NCBI GenBank assembly: GCA_951406725.2
Contig: OX597830.1
Coordinates: 43,648,001-43,712,000 of the forward strand
Direction: 5' to 3'
DNA length: 64,000 nucleotides
Origin: Octopus vulgaris
Taxonomy: Eukaryota
Below are positions 13,562 to 27,409 of the stretch, piece by piece. Position 1 is the stretch's first letter, and each line of letters begins with the position of its first letter. The translations under genes and the position numbers were made by a program. The notes beneath the pieces are model-generated. The model ran no database searches and was not told the origin of the DNA. It saw only the letters and a list, made by a program, of their open reading frames with translations.

Positions 13562-14437
13562 TAATATTTGTGTTTATATCTAAAGCAGCAAGCTGGCAGA
13601 AACGTTAGCATGCTGAGCAAAATTCTTAGCAGTATTTCATCTGTGTTTATGTTCTGAGTTCAAATTCCACCGAGGTCAACTTTGTCTTTTATCTTTTCAG
13701 GGTCAATAAATTAAGTACTAGTTGCATACTGGGGTCAATCTAATTGACTAGTCCCCTCCCCCAAAATTTCAGGCCTTGTTCCTAGAGTAGAAAAGAAAAG
13801 AATATTTGTGTTTATATCTAAGGTGGCGAGCTGATAGAAATGTTAGCACGCCAGGCAAAATGCTTAGCAGTATTTCATCTGCCGTTACGTTGTGAGTTCA
13901 AATTCCGCCAAGGTCGACTTTGCCTTTCATCCTTTCAGGGTCAACGCACTGGGGTTGATGTAATCAACTTAATCCCTTTGTCTGTCCTTGTTTGTCCCCT
14001 CTATGTTTAGCCCCTTGTGGGCAATAAAGAAATAAGAAATGTTAGCACGCAGGGCAAAATTCTTAGTGGTATTTTGTTTGTCTTTATGTTCTGAGTTCAA
14101 ATTCCACTAAGGTCGACTTTGCCTACAAGTTGCATACTGGGATCAGTCTAATCAACTGGTCCCCTCCCCAAAAATTTCAGGCCCAGAGTAGAAAAGAAAA
14201 GAATATCTGTGTTTATATCTAAGGCGGCAAGCTGGCAGAAATGTTAGCACACTGGGCAAAATTCTTAGTGGTATTTCATCTGTCTTTACGTTCTGAGTTC
14301 AAATTCTGCCAAGGTTGACTTTGCCCTTCGTCCTTTCAGGATCAATAAATTAAGTACCAGTTGTGTACTGGGGTTGATCTAATCGACTAGTCCCCTCCCA
14401 CAAAATTTCGAGCCTTTTGCCTAGAGTAGAAAAGAAT
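13562..14437 (+). mobile_element. Head-to-tail array of four SINE family B units
   Basis: Units at about 13582, 13820, 14036 and 14221; spacer aatat(t/c)tgtgtttatatct occurs at 13563, 13801 and 14202. Confidence 0.85.
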
Positions 14438-15983
14438 ATTTATGTTTGTTATTTTCCTTCAAATCCCAGAAGTTGTATTTCTTCTGTTTGCATTCCAGAA
14501 TGTAAGCATGTGTTGTCTATATCTGTTTTTAAAGGTTCTACTTCTTGCATCTATGTAGTAGTTTTTTTTTTTTTTTTATTTCTTCCTTTATAGGCTATAT
14601 TTTTTAGGCAATTTCTTCTTAATGGCCAAGGTCTTTGTCCACTGGAGTTGCATTGCTTTCAGTTATATGTTGTATGTTTTCTAAGACATTGAATTAGTTC
14701 ATTTATAATACACTTTACATTTTTTATGCAGCTGTAAGTAAAATTTTGTGCTGTTGCAAGTGAATAGTTTGCTATTTATGATCAAGTGGGAATTGTTTGT
14801 CCATTCATGACAGGGTTAGCTTATTACATTTATTGCTATATTTAGACTAAAAGACAGATTGAACCAGGATAGACCCAGAAAGACATGAGACGAGGTGGTG
14901 AAACATGATCTTCGGATGCTGGGTATCACAGAGGTGATGACAAATGATCAACCACCTTCCATTCCTTTCCTCACCCTTCTAAAAGTTGCATGTGTGTGTA
15001 TGTATTGCTCATCAAGCCAAGTAAAATCATATTTGCGAACAGTGCCAGTGACAAGTAAATGGCACCCATGATGGCGACACATAAATGGCACTTGTGACTG
15101 TGACACTCTTGGAGTGGTTGGCACTAGGAAGGGCATCCAGCCATAGAAACCAAGCCAAAATCAAACTGAAACCTGGTACAGTTCTCCAGTTTACCAGTTC
15201 TGGTCAAACCGTCTGACCCATGTCAGCATCGAAAATATACGCTAAATGATAATGATGATGATAGTGTGTTTACTTTGGACTACAACATCCAATCACCTTT
15301 ACTCCCCAATTAGTAGTGAGGGTGAAATTTGCTGGTTTTGGCTGTTATTTCTAGCAGATCAATATTTAGAGACCCTAGCCAGTTCATACTACGTTGTTGA
15401 ATTCTTTTATTTGTTGTTGGAGGTGGTGGTGGTTTATAGCGGGCTGTTGATGGTGGTGGTGGTGATGGTAGGGAGAGAATAGGTCATTTGTCATCAAATT
15501 TATTCTCCACACCATACAAGGCAGCATTATTCCATAGCAGAGGTCATCTTTCATTCAAACCATTCATGCCATGACAGGTCATGGACTTAGGAGGAAAAGT
15601 ACGGCTTAGTATGAAGGAAGAGACAAATCAATAAGTTGAAACAGAAGAGAATTCCAGAGAATTTCCCAGCTTTTTGCAAGTTAAATGTCATTCATCACTT
15701 TACTGTTGTATTTTGGTATTAAAATGTGTTGAGTGACACTCACCCCAAACCCTCCACCTCAGCTTTGAGTGAGTTATGACAGGGAAAGGTGGAAAGTTGT
15801 GACTGTGACATTTACTTACACACACACACACACACACGCACACACACAAAACATATGCATGCATATACACACACACACACATATGCACAAACCCACACAG
15901 ATACATATATGCATAGATATTCATATATTCATATGCATACACACCATACACATGCATGTATATGTATGTGTGTATATATAAGT

Positions 15984-16370
15984 GCAGGAGTGGCTGTGTG
16001 GTAAGTAGCTTGCTTACCAACGACATGGTTCCAGGTTCAGCCCTGTTGCATGGTACCTTGGGCAAGTGTCATCTACTATAGCCTCAGGCCGACCAAAACC
16101 TTGTGAGTGGATTTGGTAGATGGAAACTGAAAGAAGCCCGTTGTATATATATATATATATATGTGTGTGTTTGTGTGTCTGGGTTTATCCCCCACCATCA
16201 CTCAACAACCGATGTTGGTGTGATTATGTCTCCGTAACTTAGCGGTTCGGCAAAAGACACCGATAGAATAACTACTAGACTTAGAAACAATAAGTCCTGG
16301 GGTTGATTTCTTCGACTAAAGGTGGTACTCCAGCATGGCCACAGTCAAATGACTGAAACAAATAAAAGAA
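15984..16370 (+). mobile_element. Full-length SINE family A with internal (TA)n(TG)n
   Basis: tRNA-like head (tggctgtgtggtaag..ggttcag), ccttgggcaagtgtc core, tail ccagcatggccacagtcaaatgactgaaac..aaaag. Other copies near 21350, 34690, 39415 and 58500. Confidence 0.8.
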
Positions 16371-16459
16371 ATATATATATATTTATACACATATATATAT
16401 ACATGTATATGTGTATGTATGCATACACACACATATACACACATATTTATACATATATA

Positions 16460-17755
<1,296 letters not shown>

Positions 17756-18115
17756 AAAGTGTATGGAGAGGAGTGTATGAGATGCATACAAGCGAATGAA
17801 TGGTTCAAACATTTCTAAGATGGCTGAAAAAATGTCGCTATTGGCGAATGTCATTGGAGACCTGCAACAAGCAGAACTAAGAACAACATTGCAGATGTGT
17901 GTGCACCTCATCATAATCATCATCGTTTAACATCCACTTTCCATGCTAGCATGGGTGGACGATTTGACTGAGGTCTGGCTGCACCAGGCTCCATAAGGAG
18001 AAATCATTGAATCACCATCCATGAGTTATCAGAGGATGTGCAGATTAATTAGTTTAGTTCACTCCATTTTCACTGAAGATTTGGGTATGAGATGCATGTC
18101 CGCCAAGTTTATGTC
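17756..18115 (+). pseudogene. Mariner transposase N-terminal remnant, split by a short RTE tail
   Basis: KVYGEECM..EWFKHF..RPATSRT, then ITIHELSEDV..IFTEDLGMRCMSAKF. Confidence 0.7.
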
Positions 18116-18354
18116 AACATACATACACACATACACACATATAATGAATGTCATGGCATGTCAATCAACACAAACACACATTCGCCATCTGTGACATATA
18201 CACACACATTGTCTTCGTGCTCTCTAAGGAAAAAAAAAACGTTGACATTTTGACATACACAATATTTTAATCATTTAGAAATATATTTAACAGAATATGA
18301 TTTCATCATGTAGATTTTGTTAATTTCTGTAAAAAAATTTTGTCTTTTTAGTTT

Positions 18355-18785
18355 TGTTTTAAAGTGAAAGAGAGGAGAAAGTGAAAGATGCATGTACGTA
18401 TATATGAAATGGACCTGTGTTTGTGAAAGAGGGAGAGAGAGAGAAAAGAGAGAGAAAAGAAAGAGAAAGTGAGTGAAGAGGTGTGTTGTCATGTATATGT
18501 ACATACATCAATACATATGTGTACATCTTTTTTGTATGTACGTGTGCATGTGTGTGTGTGTATGAGAGAGAGAGGGAAACAGAGAATGTGTGAGTGAGTG
18601 AATGTGTATGTTCTTATATATGTGCAAGTGGCACACTTCATCTCTCCATCTCTCTCTTACACATACCTGAGCACTGTATACAATAATTTCATTATTATTA
18701 TTATTATAAGGTAGAACATACACACACATGTCCATTTATATACACATTCATACATCTTTCACTTTCTCCTCTCACTTTGAAACAA
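18355..18785. mobile_element. MITE-like element with ~60-bp inverted ends and microsatellite interior (partial copy at ~32820-33120)
   Basis: gagaggagaaagtgaaagatg..aaatggac is inverted as gtccattt..catctttcactttctcctctc. Confidence 0.6.
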
Positions 18786-19030
18786 GAGCTGAGTGGAGGG
18801 AGGTGCTAGATTCCCTTCTGCAAAAATATAAGGACACAGATCGTGTCATATAGCCAGCTGGAGATGATGTCTCCTGGGGCTAAATTATAGCAACATTTGT
18901 CCTAACCAGGACTGCCGTGTTATGTTGGCAAACAATCTTTACCACCTTTACATCTTGTTACTAATTTGCTTTTCATTCATCTTACTGTGGATAAAACCAG
19001 ACTGGCTTGGTGCTTCAACTTAAGTACCTT

Positions 19031-19058
19031 ATTCAACTGAATCTTAATTTATTTACAC

Positions 19059-19108
<50 letters not shown>

Positions 19109-19300
19109 TCATCATCATCATCATCATTTAGCGTCCGTTTTCCATGCTAGCATGGGTTGGACGGTTCTGCTGGGGTCTGCGAAGCCAGAAGGCTTCATCA
19201 GGCCCAGTCAAATCTGGCAGTGTTTCTACGGCTGGATGCCCTTATAAACCTGTCTCCTAGCTTCTCTTTTGGCAGTCTGATACAATTCCCTGCTACCCCC

Positions 19301-19332
<32 letters not shown>

Positions 19333-19479
19333 TATGTTGCATTTACTCAATAGTCAAGATAAAACTCTGAGTTTCTGATGCCGAAGTGGAAATCCACAAC
19401 ACCATCTCTTCGGTTATCTGGCCATCTGAAAAATGCTATGAAAAAATACCTATTCAACTGAATCTTAATTTATTTACAC

Positions 19480-19525
<46 letters not shown>

Positions 19526-19813
19526 ATATGTTACATTTACTCAATAGTCAAGATAAAACTGTGAGTTTCAGATGCTGAAGTGGAAATCCACAACACCATC
19601 TCTTCGGTTATCTGGCCACGGTATTTTTTCATAGCGTTTTTCAGATGGTCAGATAACCGAAGAGATGGTGTTGTGGATTTCCACTTCGGCATCTGAAACT
19701 CAGAGTTTTATCTTGACTATTGAGTAAATGTAACATATTATTTTATAGATAAATTTCCTCTATTTACATAATATTGAGGTCTCTTTCTTTCTTTTGTTAT
19801 CTTACCGTTTTTG

Positions 19814-19820
<7 letters not shown>
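19031..19820. mobile_element. Penelope-like pseudo-LTR cluster: two direct copies and one inverted copy, with a hammerhead-like motif
   Basis: 19330-19450 and 19525-19618 are direct copies; 19619-19740 is their reverse complement; same family at 40264-40460. Confidence 0.65.
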
Positions 19821-19849
<29 letters not shown>

Positions 19850-19864
19850 GTAATTAAGCTTATG

Positions 19865-20590
19865 TACAGTCATAGATTAACCAATGCTTTCGCATCCACA
19901 AAGGCCTTAGCCTCATGGACGTCTCTTCAGGCTCTAAAGCTACAGATAAATCTAATTCTTCACCACTGGGAGGCAGAAATTCAATACAGTCATTTGGTCA
20001 GTTGTCACCAAAGAATAAATAATCTGGGTGTCAGTTAGGATGGGTTAACTCCCTTAGACGAGTTTTCTGTGGGTCAGAAAAGACGGGAACAAGGGATTTA
20101 TCCCTTGGGCGGTTTATGGATTGTAAGGACCCTTCTGGGTTTAATCAGTGGATAGGGAATCCCATTCTTGCAGCAGGTAGCACTTGAAATGGATGCAAGG
20201 ACTGTAAATTTCCTGGTGAGTGTTCAGTGATCCAGGTTTCGGGGATTCTTTGAGTATCCTTGCTTGCAGTGTTCACTCCTGTTAATGTAGGATCCTGACC
20301 TCTCTAAGATCTTCCACTTGATATTGTATGGGGCCCCTTCATGTTTGAGGCTCCACACATGGCTGGCTAAGAATGTGATGAATTGTCTTTCCTGAATCCT
20401 GAAAGAGGACCTGTGGTTGTGCAGGCATTGCTTGAAGGCTAGCTTGGCTGACCCAATGTATTTTCAGGCTTGGATGTTAGTTGTGATCACATTATTGGCA
20501 CATCTTCAGTTGGCTTTGGGCCTGGAGAGGTTGTTGTTGCCACCAGTGTTGCTGGCGCTACCATCGTGGGCCCAGTGACATTGCTTTGGC
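19865..20590 (-). mobile_element. Penelope-like element 3' fragment (GIY-YIG endonuclease end + pLTR)
   Basis: Minus strand 20466-20270 reads KYIGSAKLAFKQCLHNHRSSFR..ASHVWSLKHEGAPYNIKWKILERS; CTGAAGA..GAAA motif at 19872-19938. Confidence 0.8.
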
Positions 20591-21267
20591 TGTTGTCACT
20601 GTGGCTATATGTATGTATACACATATTACATATATTCATGTAGTCTTGAGTGTCAGAACAGGAGTACTCAATACCCTGGTAGAAAGTACAGTTTTATTTT
20701 GCTCCCGTATATCTCATGCTACTCCAGGGTTTCCTCTGTATTCATGGAGTCAATTGGAAGATCATAACTCATTTGTAATATATGTAATATATATGTAAAA
20801 GCTCATGGCTATATATATATAACATCATCTGGATAATAACCTTACAGTGTGCTTTGCAAATCTCAACAGGTGTTGGCTACCATAAGTCATTATAAAGCAG
20901 GAATTCTCCTTTTACATGATACACATATGGAAATCTTTAATATCTACAAAATTCATTCCAAAAAATCTATAATACAAGAAGATGGAACAAACAGGATTTA
21001 ATGTAAATCACTACAATTATTTCTGTGCATTAGTATCAGCTGCTAATTGCTGAGCATTTCACTATATTAATATCCAACAACAGCTGTGTAACAGCACGTG
21101 TGTGTGTGTGGTTTTAAAACTTGTCTGTAAAGGGAAAATAAAGAAGTCCTGTACAAGATTTCCACATGTGTTGTTTTAGTAAAATATTATTTGATAAATG
21201 CTAATTATAATGTGTTATGCATTGAGGTCAGTTAAAACACACTTGGCCATTTGGGCTAACAAGGTCG

Positions 21268-21315
<48 letters not shown>

Positions 21316-21676
21316 ACACATGTAGATGTAGGCACAGCTGTGAAGTACAGGTGTGATTGTATAGTTAAGAAGATCGCTTCCCAGCCTCATGGTCCTGGGT
21401 TCAGTCCCATTACATGGCAACTTGGTCAAGTGTCTTCTACTATAGCTTCCTACCCACCAAAGCCTTTTGAATAGATTCATTAAACAGAAACTGAAAGAAG
21501 CCCATCATGTGTGTGTGTGTGTGTAGATATGCATGTATCAATTTATTTAGCTATTTCTGTACGTGTCTTAAGGGTTTAGCCAAAGAGACTTATAATTTAT
21601 TACTGGGATAGATTTGTTCAACTAAACCCTTCAAGACACTGCTCCAGAATTGCCACAGTGCAATGACAGGAACAAG

Positions 21677-22153
21677 TTAACCCTTTTGTAGCCATATTTC
21701 GGTTGAGATTCTCTGTGTTTCTTTCAATTATTTTAAATATAACAAAAAATTTAGTAAAATAACTTAGTTATCATTCAGCTAGTGTTAGAAATGTAAATTG
21801 TGACTAAGGTTTGGTGGAAGATTTTGATTCAAAACTTTTGAAAACAAGACATTTGTACTATAGAGCCAGAAGTGGTTTCAGCCAGGTTGTATCAAAAGAG
21901 CTAAGAATTGTTTCTCTATTATATATTTTAACCCCTTTGTTACCATATTTCTGTTGAGATGCTCTGTGTTTCTTTCAATTACTTTAAATATAACAAAGAA
22001 TTTAGTAAAATAATTTAGTTATTAAGCTAGTGTTAGGAACATAAATTGTGATTAAGGTTTGGTGGAAGATTTTAATTCAAAACTTAGGAAAATAAGATAT
22101 TTGTCCTACAAAGCCAGAAGTGGTCTCAGCCAGGTTGATATCAAAAAGGTTAA
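21677..22153. mobile_element. Two adjacent ~225-bp TTAA-flanked piggyBac-like MITEs (third copy 38689-38915, partial copy near 10975-11056)
   Basis: ttaaccc(t) ... (a)ggttaa ends and shared internal sequence. Confidence 0.7.
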
Positions 22154-22329
22154 AGATAAAGCATAAAAGGTGCACAGATAGATTTACATGTATATTCACA
22201 CTGACACATAAATAGACACATGTTCACACATATACACATACATAGAAATTTTGCTAAAATTATTACGGAACAGCTTTTAAAAAACCTTGTGGTAATTGAG
22301 TCCCACACCACAAGGTTTTTTTTATACTT

Positions 22330-23400
22330 AGGAATTGTCAATTCCTAAGCTATTGTATTTTCTGAGAGTTAGTCCCTCTTATAGATTCCTGTCATCTCTC
22401 CAATGCTTTCATGACCTAATCTTCAGGAAACTTGAATGCTTGGTCAATGTCAAACTCTCCCCCAGGAGTCCTGCGACCTTGCTCAAATGGTTTGGGGGTC
22501 AAAGTCTGTGTAAGTGCATGTCTCTATCTCTTCCCTGTTTGTTTTCTTTCCTCCATCCATGCTTGCTCTCCTTTGGTGGACAACATCCTCTCTGCTCTAC
22601 TGTGGAGAGAGCTGGGTTTGTCAATTGAGGACAGACAGAAGCAGAGAGCATGGGACAATCTGCATTCAGGTCCCACTTTCAACTCTCTCCTTAATCAATT
22701 TGATCAATTTTCAAGATGTCGTCTACTTTCAGCAAGTGCAAAATTCTCGGGGGACTGGATTGATTCCCTGCCTATGGTAAACATTACAGGGCAAGTCAGT
22801 CTACATGAGCTCTGTATCTCCATTGCACTCAGAGTGGGAGCTGAAGTCTATAGGGGACTGAGATGTTACTGTGTTAGATCCCTTGATCCCACAGATCTTT
22901 ATGGTCATCACACTGACATAACCTTAATTATTAAGCAGGCCATGGCTCAGATTAATATCCCCTCAGTTCTGGAGCCAGCAGGATTATCCAGAAGTGATGG
23001 AAAGAGACCAGATGGTCTTACCTTCTGTCCTTGTGTTAGAAGTAGGTGCCTCGTCTGGGACACCACAGTCTGTGACTCGGCGGTAAATGTGAGGGTCACT
23101 GCATCCATAGCCAAATGGAACAGAATTCTGAAGTATCGGGATTTGGCAACGAACTCTCTCTTCTAGCCTGTGGCATTTGAGACATTTGGAGTGACTGGGC
23201 CACTAACTGAAGTTCCTGTCATTGTTGGCAGTTCGCCTCACAAATGTGTCAGGTGATACCCGTGAGGGTGCTTGGCTTTTCCAATGCCTTAGTCTTGCCA
23301 TCATCCATCGTAATGCCACAAGCATGTTGACTCGCTTCAGTAGATTCCGTTGAACTTTGTGGTGTGCAACCAATTGAAGCACTTTATGCTGCATTGACGT
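22330..23400 (+). mobile_element. CRE-like non-LTR retrotransposon 3' fragment (zinc knuckle + restriction-like endonuclease)
   Basis: ORF 22432-23166: SIALRVG..CYC..VLEPAGLSRSDGKRPDGLT..LVWDTTV, followed by PVAFETFG; homologous to 60370-61490. Confidence 0.75.
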
Positions 23401-23922
23401 ATTTTTCTCTTTCTTCTCTTTTTACTCTTTTTCCTGTACTCTTTTTTTCCACTTTTATTTTCTTTTCTTCATCTTCCTTTTGTAGAAACTTATAAAACCA
23501 CATTCATATTATTTCTTTCTCCTGTCCAATCAAATTTTTAACTTCACCTCTTTTATACACCAAAAGGTGTGTACATCCGTTTCTCTATATCCCACTCTAG
23601 TCTAAGGTGAATATAAATTTTTAAATACACAATTGGAAAGTGTTTGATTGTATTATCATGACATTGACACTATACAGCTAAAATGTTAACATCCTGTGAT
23701 GAATAGGTTCTTTCAACAATTTCCGCAGGAAAACAAAATTAGGAATAGTCACAGTGACTAGGGATAGTCTTGGGCATATGACTGCTTTTCCTTGTCCAAC
23801 CTGTGTTAAGTAACAAAAACGACAGCAATAACATCAGCAACAAAAGCAGCCACAACAATGGCCTTTGGAATATTTTAAATTTGGGGGATTAATCTATTTT
23901 ACCAAGCATTTGCAAAAACACA

Positions 23923-23966
<44 letters not shown>

Positions 23967-24149
23967 TGCACACACACACATATATATCATCATCATCATC
24001 ATCATCATCGTTTAACGTCCGTTTTCCATGCTAGCATGGGTTGGATGGTTTTGACTGAGGGCTGGCAACCAGATGGCTGCACCAGGCTCCAGTCTTGATC
24101 TGGCAGAGTTTTTACAGCTGGATATATATATATATATACATATATAAAT

Positions 24150-24850
24150 AAATGGAGTTTATCGCAGGTGTTATTCAAATTCTTTTACTTCTGACACATG
24201 TTTCGAAGATATCACTGATATTATTCCTAAGGAATAAAATGGTGTAAAACAATGTAATCTTCTCTTCAGGGAAGTGAAGAAATGAAACTTGTCAATAAGA
24301 CATTTTAACAGAAAATGATGGATATGTGTAGTGATTAACTGAATGCTATTAATATTGTTTCAAAAAAACGTTATAGGATATAATGTCAGAGGTAGCCTAT
24401 AGAAAGAGGAGGGATAAAGTAAAGAAAAACTAAATAAATGAGAAGTATATAACTATATGTATATTAAATAAAACTATATAGACTTGGAAAAAGATATATC
24501 TAGTGAATTTGAAATGTAAGAAATTTAATGTTTAAATGATATATATTGATAGATATCACTTATATGAACTAAAGGTGTGTTTTTGCCAATGTTTACAACG
24601 GTATGCACACTCTATAACTGTGTTTACTAGGGGATTTTTAGAAAAAAAGAATAAAAAATAGTTCAGAATTACAGAGAAGACAGAATTCCTCGCCTTTGTC
24701 ATAAGGTATCAAGATTGAGAGAATCAACCAATCTAAATTAAACTGTTTATTGTGGTCTTTTAGATCCCAAATCAATTTACTAAACCCTGTACTGTTACGT
24801 TTATTCCTATCCCTAATTTAGATTGGTTGATTCTCTCAATCTCGATACAT
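24150..24850 (-). mobile_element. Penelope-like element 3' fragment with inverted 5' junction
   Basis: Reads RNSTGFSKLIWDLKDHNKQFNLDWLIL..PYDKGEEFCLLCNSELFFIL..CKH; 24814-24848 is an inverted copy of 24706-24740. Confidence 0.8.
24181..24281 (-). ncRNA. Minimal type I hammerhead ribozyme motif in a Penelope pLTR
   Basis: cacttcc-CTGAAGA-GAAGAT..ATCTTC-GAAA-CATGTG-TC-agaagt: complete core, 6-bp stem II, short stem III, GUC cleavage triplet, stem I with a mismatch next to the core. Confidence 0.75.
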
Positions 24851-24854
24851 ACTT

Positions 24855-26047
24855 ATATACATACAAACATCCCTTGACCAAGTTTGCATACATGAGACTG
24901 ATAACATCATAAGACTTGGAAGGCAGCTCCTTGAGCAACACTCCTTGTTCAATAACCTAGAATACACGCCCATAGAAGCTGCACAACTCTACCACAACAT
25001 ATCATCAGATGAAAAGATGGACTTATATAAGCAGAAGACTATGCATGGATCTGTTAGTAGAAAGCTCCATGATGATAGTAACATCAGTCATCAAAGCAGT
25101 TTATCTTGGGCCAGTAGCAGGATTACTACCTCCCACTTTGAAGAGTATGTGTTTGCAATCCAGGAACAGGAAATATCAACTGAGTACCTGATGCACAAAA
25201 GGGATAGAGATGCGGGAAAAGCCGTAAAATGTGACAACTGATGCTGACTTTGTGGAGTTCACTCTGAAGATATCACCCACACTAAAAACAGCATCTGAAA
25301 ATGTCATCACGGTATTATCTACCAATGAGATATGAAGTTGAAGCTAGGACACTCTATAATGAAATCCGTTAGAAGGATAATCCCGAGGACAAAGAAATAT
25401 AAACCCACAGTATGGCAGAAGCCATAGCCACTCATAATAAAAAGGAATACTGGTGGAATGTACCAGTGAAGACCTCAATAAAATGTAAGCACAACAGACC
25501 TGATATAATGGTTTGGGATAGAGAAGAGAAACTGTGCACAGGTGTGGAAATTAGCTGTCCAGCAGATGTTAACATAAAGCTGAAGATCAGTGAAAAAGAG
25601 AACACCTATGCTGAACTATTGAGAAATCTGCAGTTACTTTATCCAAATTCCAAGTTCAGGTTTATACCTGTAATTATTGGTGTCCTGGGATATGTAACAC
25701 ACTGCCTACATACCAATCTTGAGAAATTAGACTTCTCAAAACCAGAAAGGAGAAATCTAATTCAAAGACTACAGATCCAATCCATCACTGGAACTGTAAA
25801 ATCTGTAAAACTTTCCAGAGGTTTATCATTTAAATATATATGAGCAAGTCTAGATATGCAACTATATGCATGAGAATACATACATAAAGCAAAGCATACA
25901 AATCTGCACATATACATACATACATACATACAAATAAAAATACCCTGTTGTTGATGTTGAAATTCCTATGAAGGAGCCTTGAATTTAGGTTAGAAACCAG
26001 CTCTTTCTCTATTGGCAAGAAATCTTGAAATAAAACTGAACAATAAT
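24855..26047 (+). mobile_element. R4/Dong-like non-LTR retrotransposon 3' fragment
   Basis: FAIQEQEIST, C-x2-C remnant, WWNVPVKT..HNRPDIMVWD..VEISCP..EKENTY..IPVIIGVLG (restriction-like endonuclease); 3' UTR ends in a (TACA)n tract. Confidence 0.8.
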
Positions 26048-26157
26048 ATACATACATACATACGTACATACATACATATATGTGTGTGTGCATTATTTTT
26101 GTAATAAAATATATGTATCATACATGTAATATATATGTGTTATATATGTATAACATA

Positions 26158-27383
26158 CAGCGTGTGTAAGGTATTTGAGGACATACCTTTTTGGGTCATT
26201 ACTGCATTTTTTATTAACTCTGTATAATCTTTGTTTCAGAAAATAATAATGACAGACCCTCAGCTTGCTCAAAAAATGAAAAGGCATGCTGTTGTTGTGG
26301 TTATAAAGGCTGAGCATAGCAATTTAGAAATATCTCAATTTTTAAAAGTTGCCAGATCTTTCATCTACAAAGTTTGTAAGGCGCTAGAGACTGAAGATGG
26401 AAATGTATCACCATTATCAAAGCATAAAAAGCATTCTAAACGCTCTGAAATCATCAGAACGCTTAAATTTATCCAACAAGTTCAACATGCCATTGATTAC
26501 AATCCCAGAAAGTCCATGAGGTCAATTGCAAAAGATCTCCATGTGTCAGAAAGAACAGTCAGAAATGTTGTCCACGAAGACATCTTATATGAGGAAGAAA
26601 GGTCAATTTGTCAGAAAAAGCAAAAGAAAATCACTACATCAGATCTAAAAGGTTCTTAAACAAACTGAAAAATCCAGCAGAAGAATATTTGATTTGGTTT
26701 TTCTCAAACAAGAAAAACTTCAACCAAGATCAAAAAGTTAACAGAATAGACGATAGATGGTTATGTGCAAACCCTTCTGAAGTTCCAAGTCTTATGCATA
26801 CAAAATTTCCTGCAACTGTCATGATTTTAGGGGTTGTCAGCAATGAAGGACACGTAACACCTCCTTACTTCTTATCACAAGGTCTTAGAGTTAACTCTGC
26901 CACCTGCATTGAGGTCCTGGAAATAATTAAGCCCTGGATAGACAGTGTATGCAATGGAAGGCTATATGTGTTTCAGTAAGACTCTGCACAGGAATGGTTG
27001 GCTGAAAATTTTCATGATCACATAGCCCTTAATATTTGCCTCCTAATTCCCCAGATTTCAATCCATTGGACTATTACATGTGGAGTGTTGTTGAGAGAGA
27101 GGTCAATGAACATGTCCATAACACCAAAAATTTTATGAAAGCTGCCATGGTCAGAGTAATGTCCAAAATGAACCATGACCAATTGATTTGAGCATGTAGA
27201 TGATTTAGATCTCATATAAAAGCAGTCGTTGAAGCTGAAAGTGGCTTTGTTGAATAGATTTATAGAAAAGAAAGTTTATTTTTATCCTTATAGCATTTTT
27301 TGATAAATAAAGTTATCTGTTATTATATATCTGGGTTTTTTTTTATAAACATAAATCTGTCCTCAAATATCTTATGCACCCTG
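26158..27383 (+). mobile_element. Tc1/mariner superfamily element (maT-like), both ends present, transposase disrupted
   Basis: TA-flanked TIRs cagcgtgtgtaaggtatttgaggaca / tgtcctcaaatatcttatgcaccctg; HTH SMRSIAKDLHVS, FSNKKNF, VFQ*DSA, PNSPDFNPLDYYMW. Confidence 0.9.
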
Positions 27384-27409
27384 TATATATAGTATATCCT
27401 CTTTGAGAA

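Noticed and set aside
13562-14437. CRISPR-like repeat/spacer pattern
   Set aside because: The intervening units are homologous SINEs in a eukaryotic context, with no cas genes.
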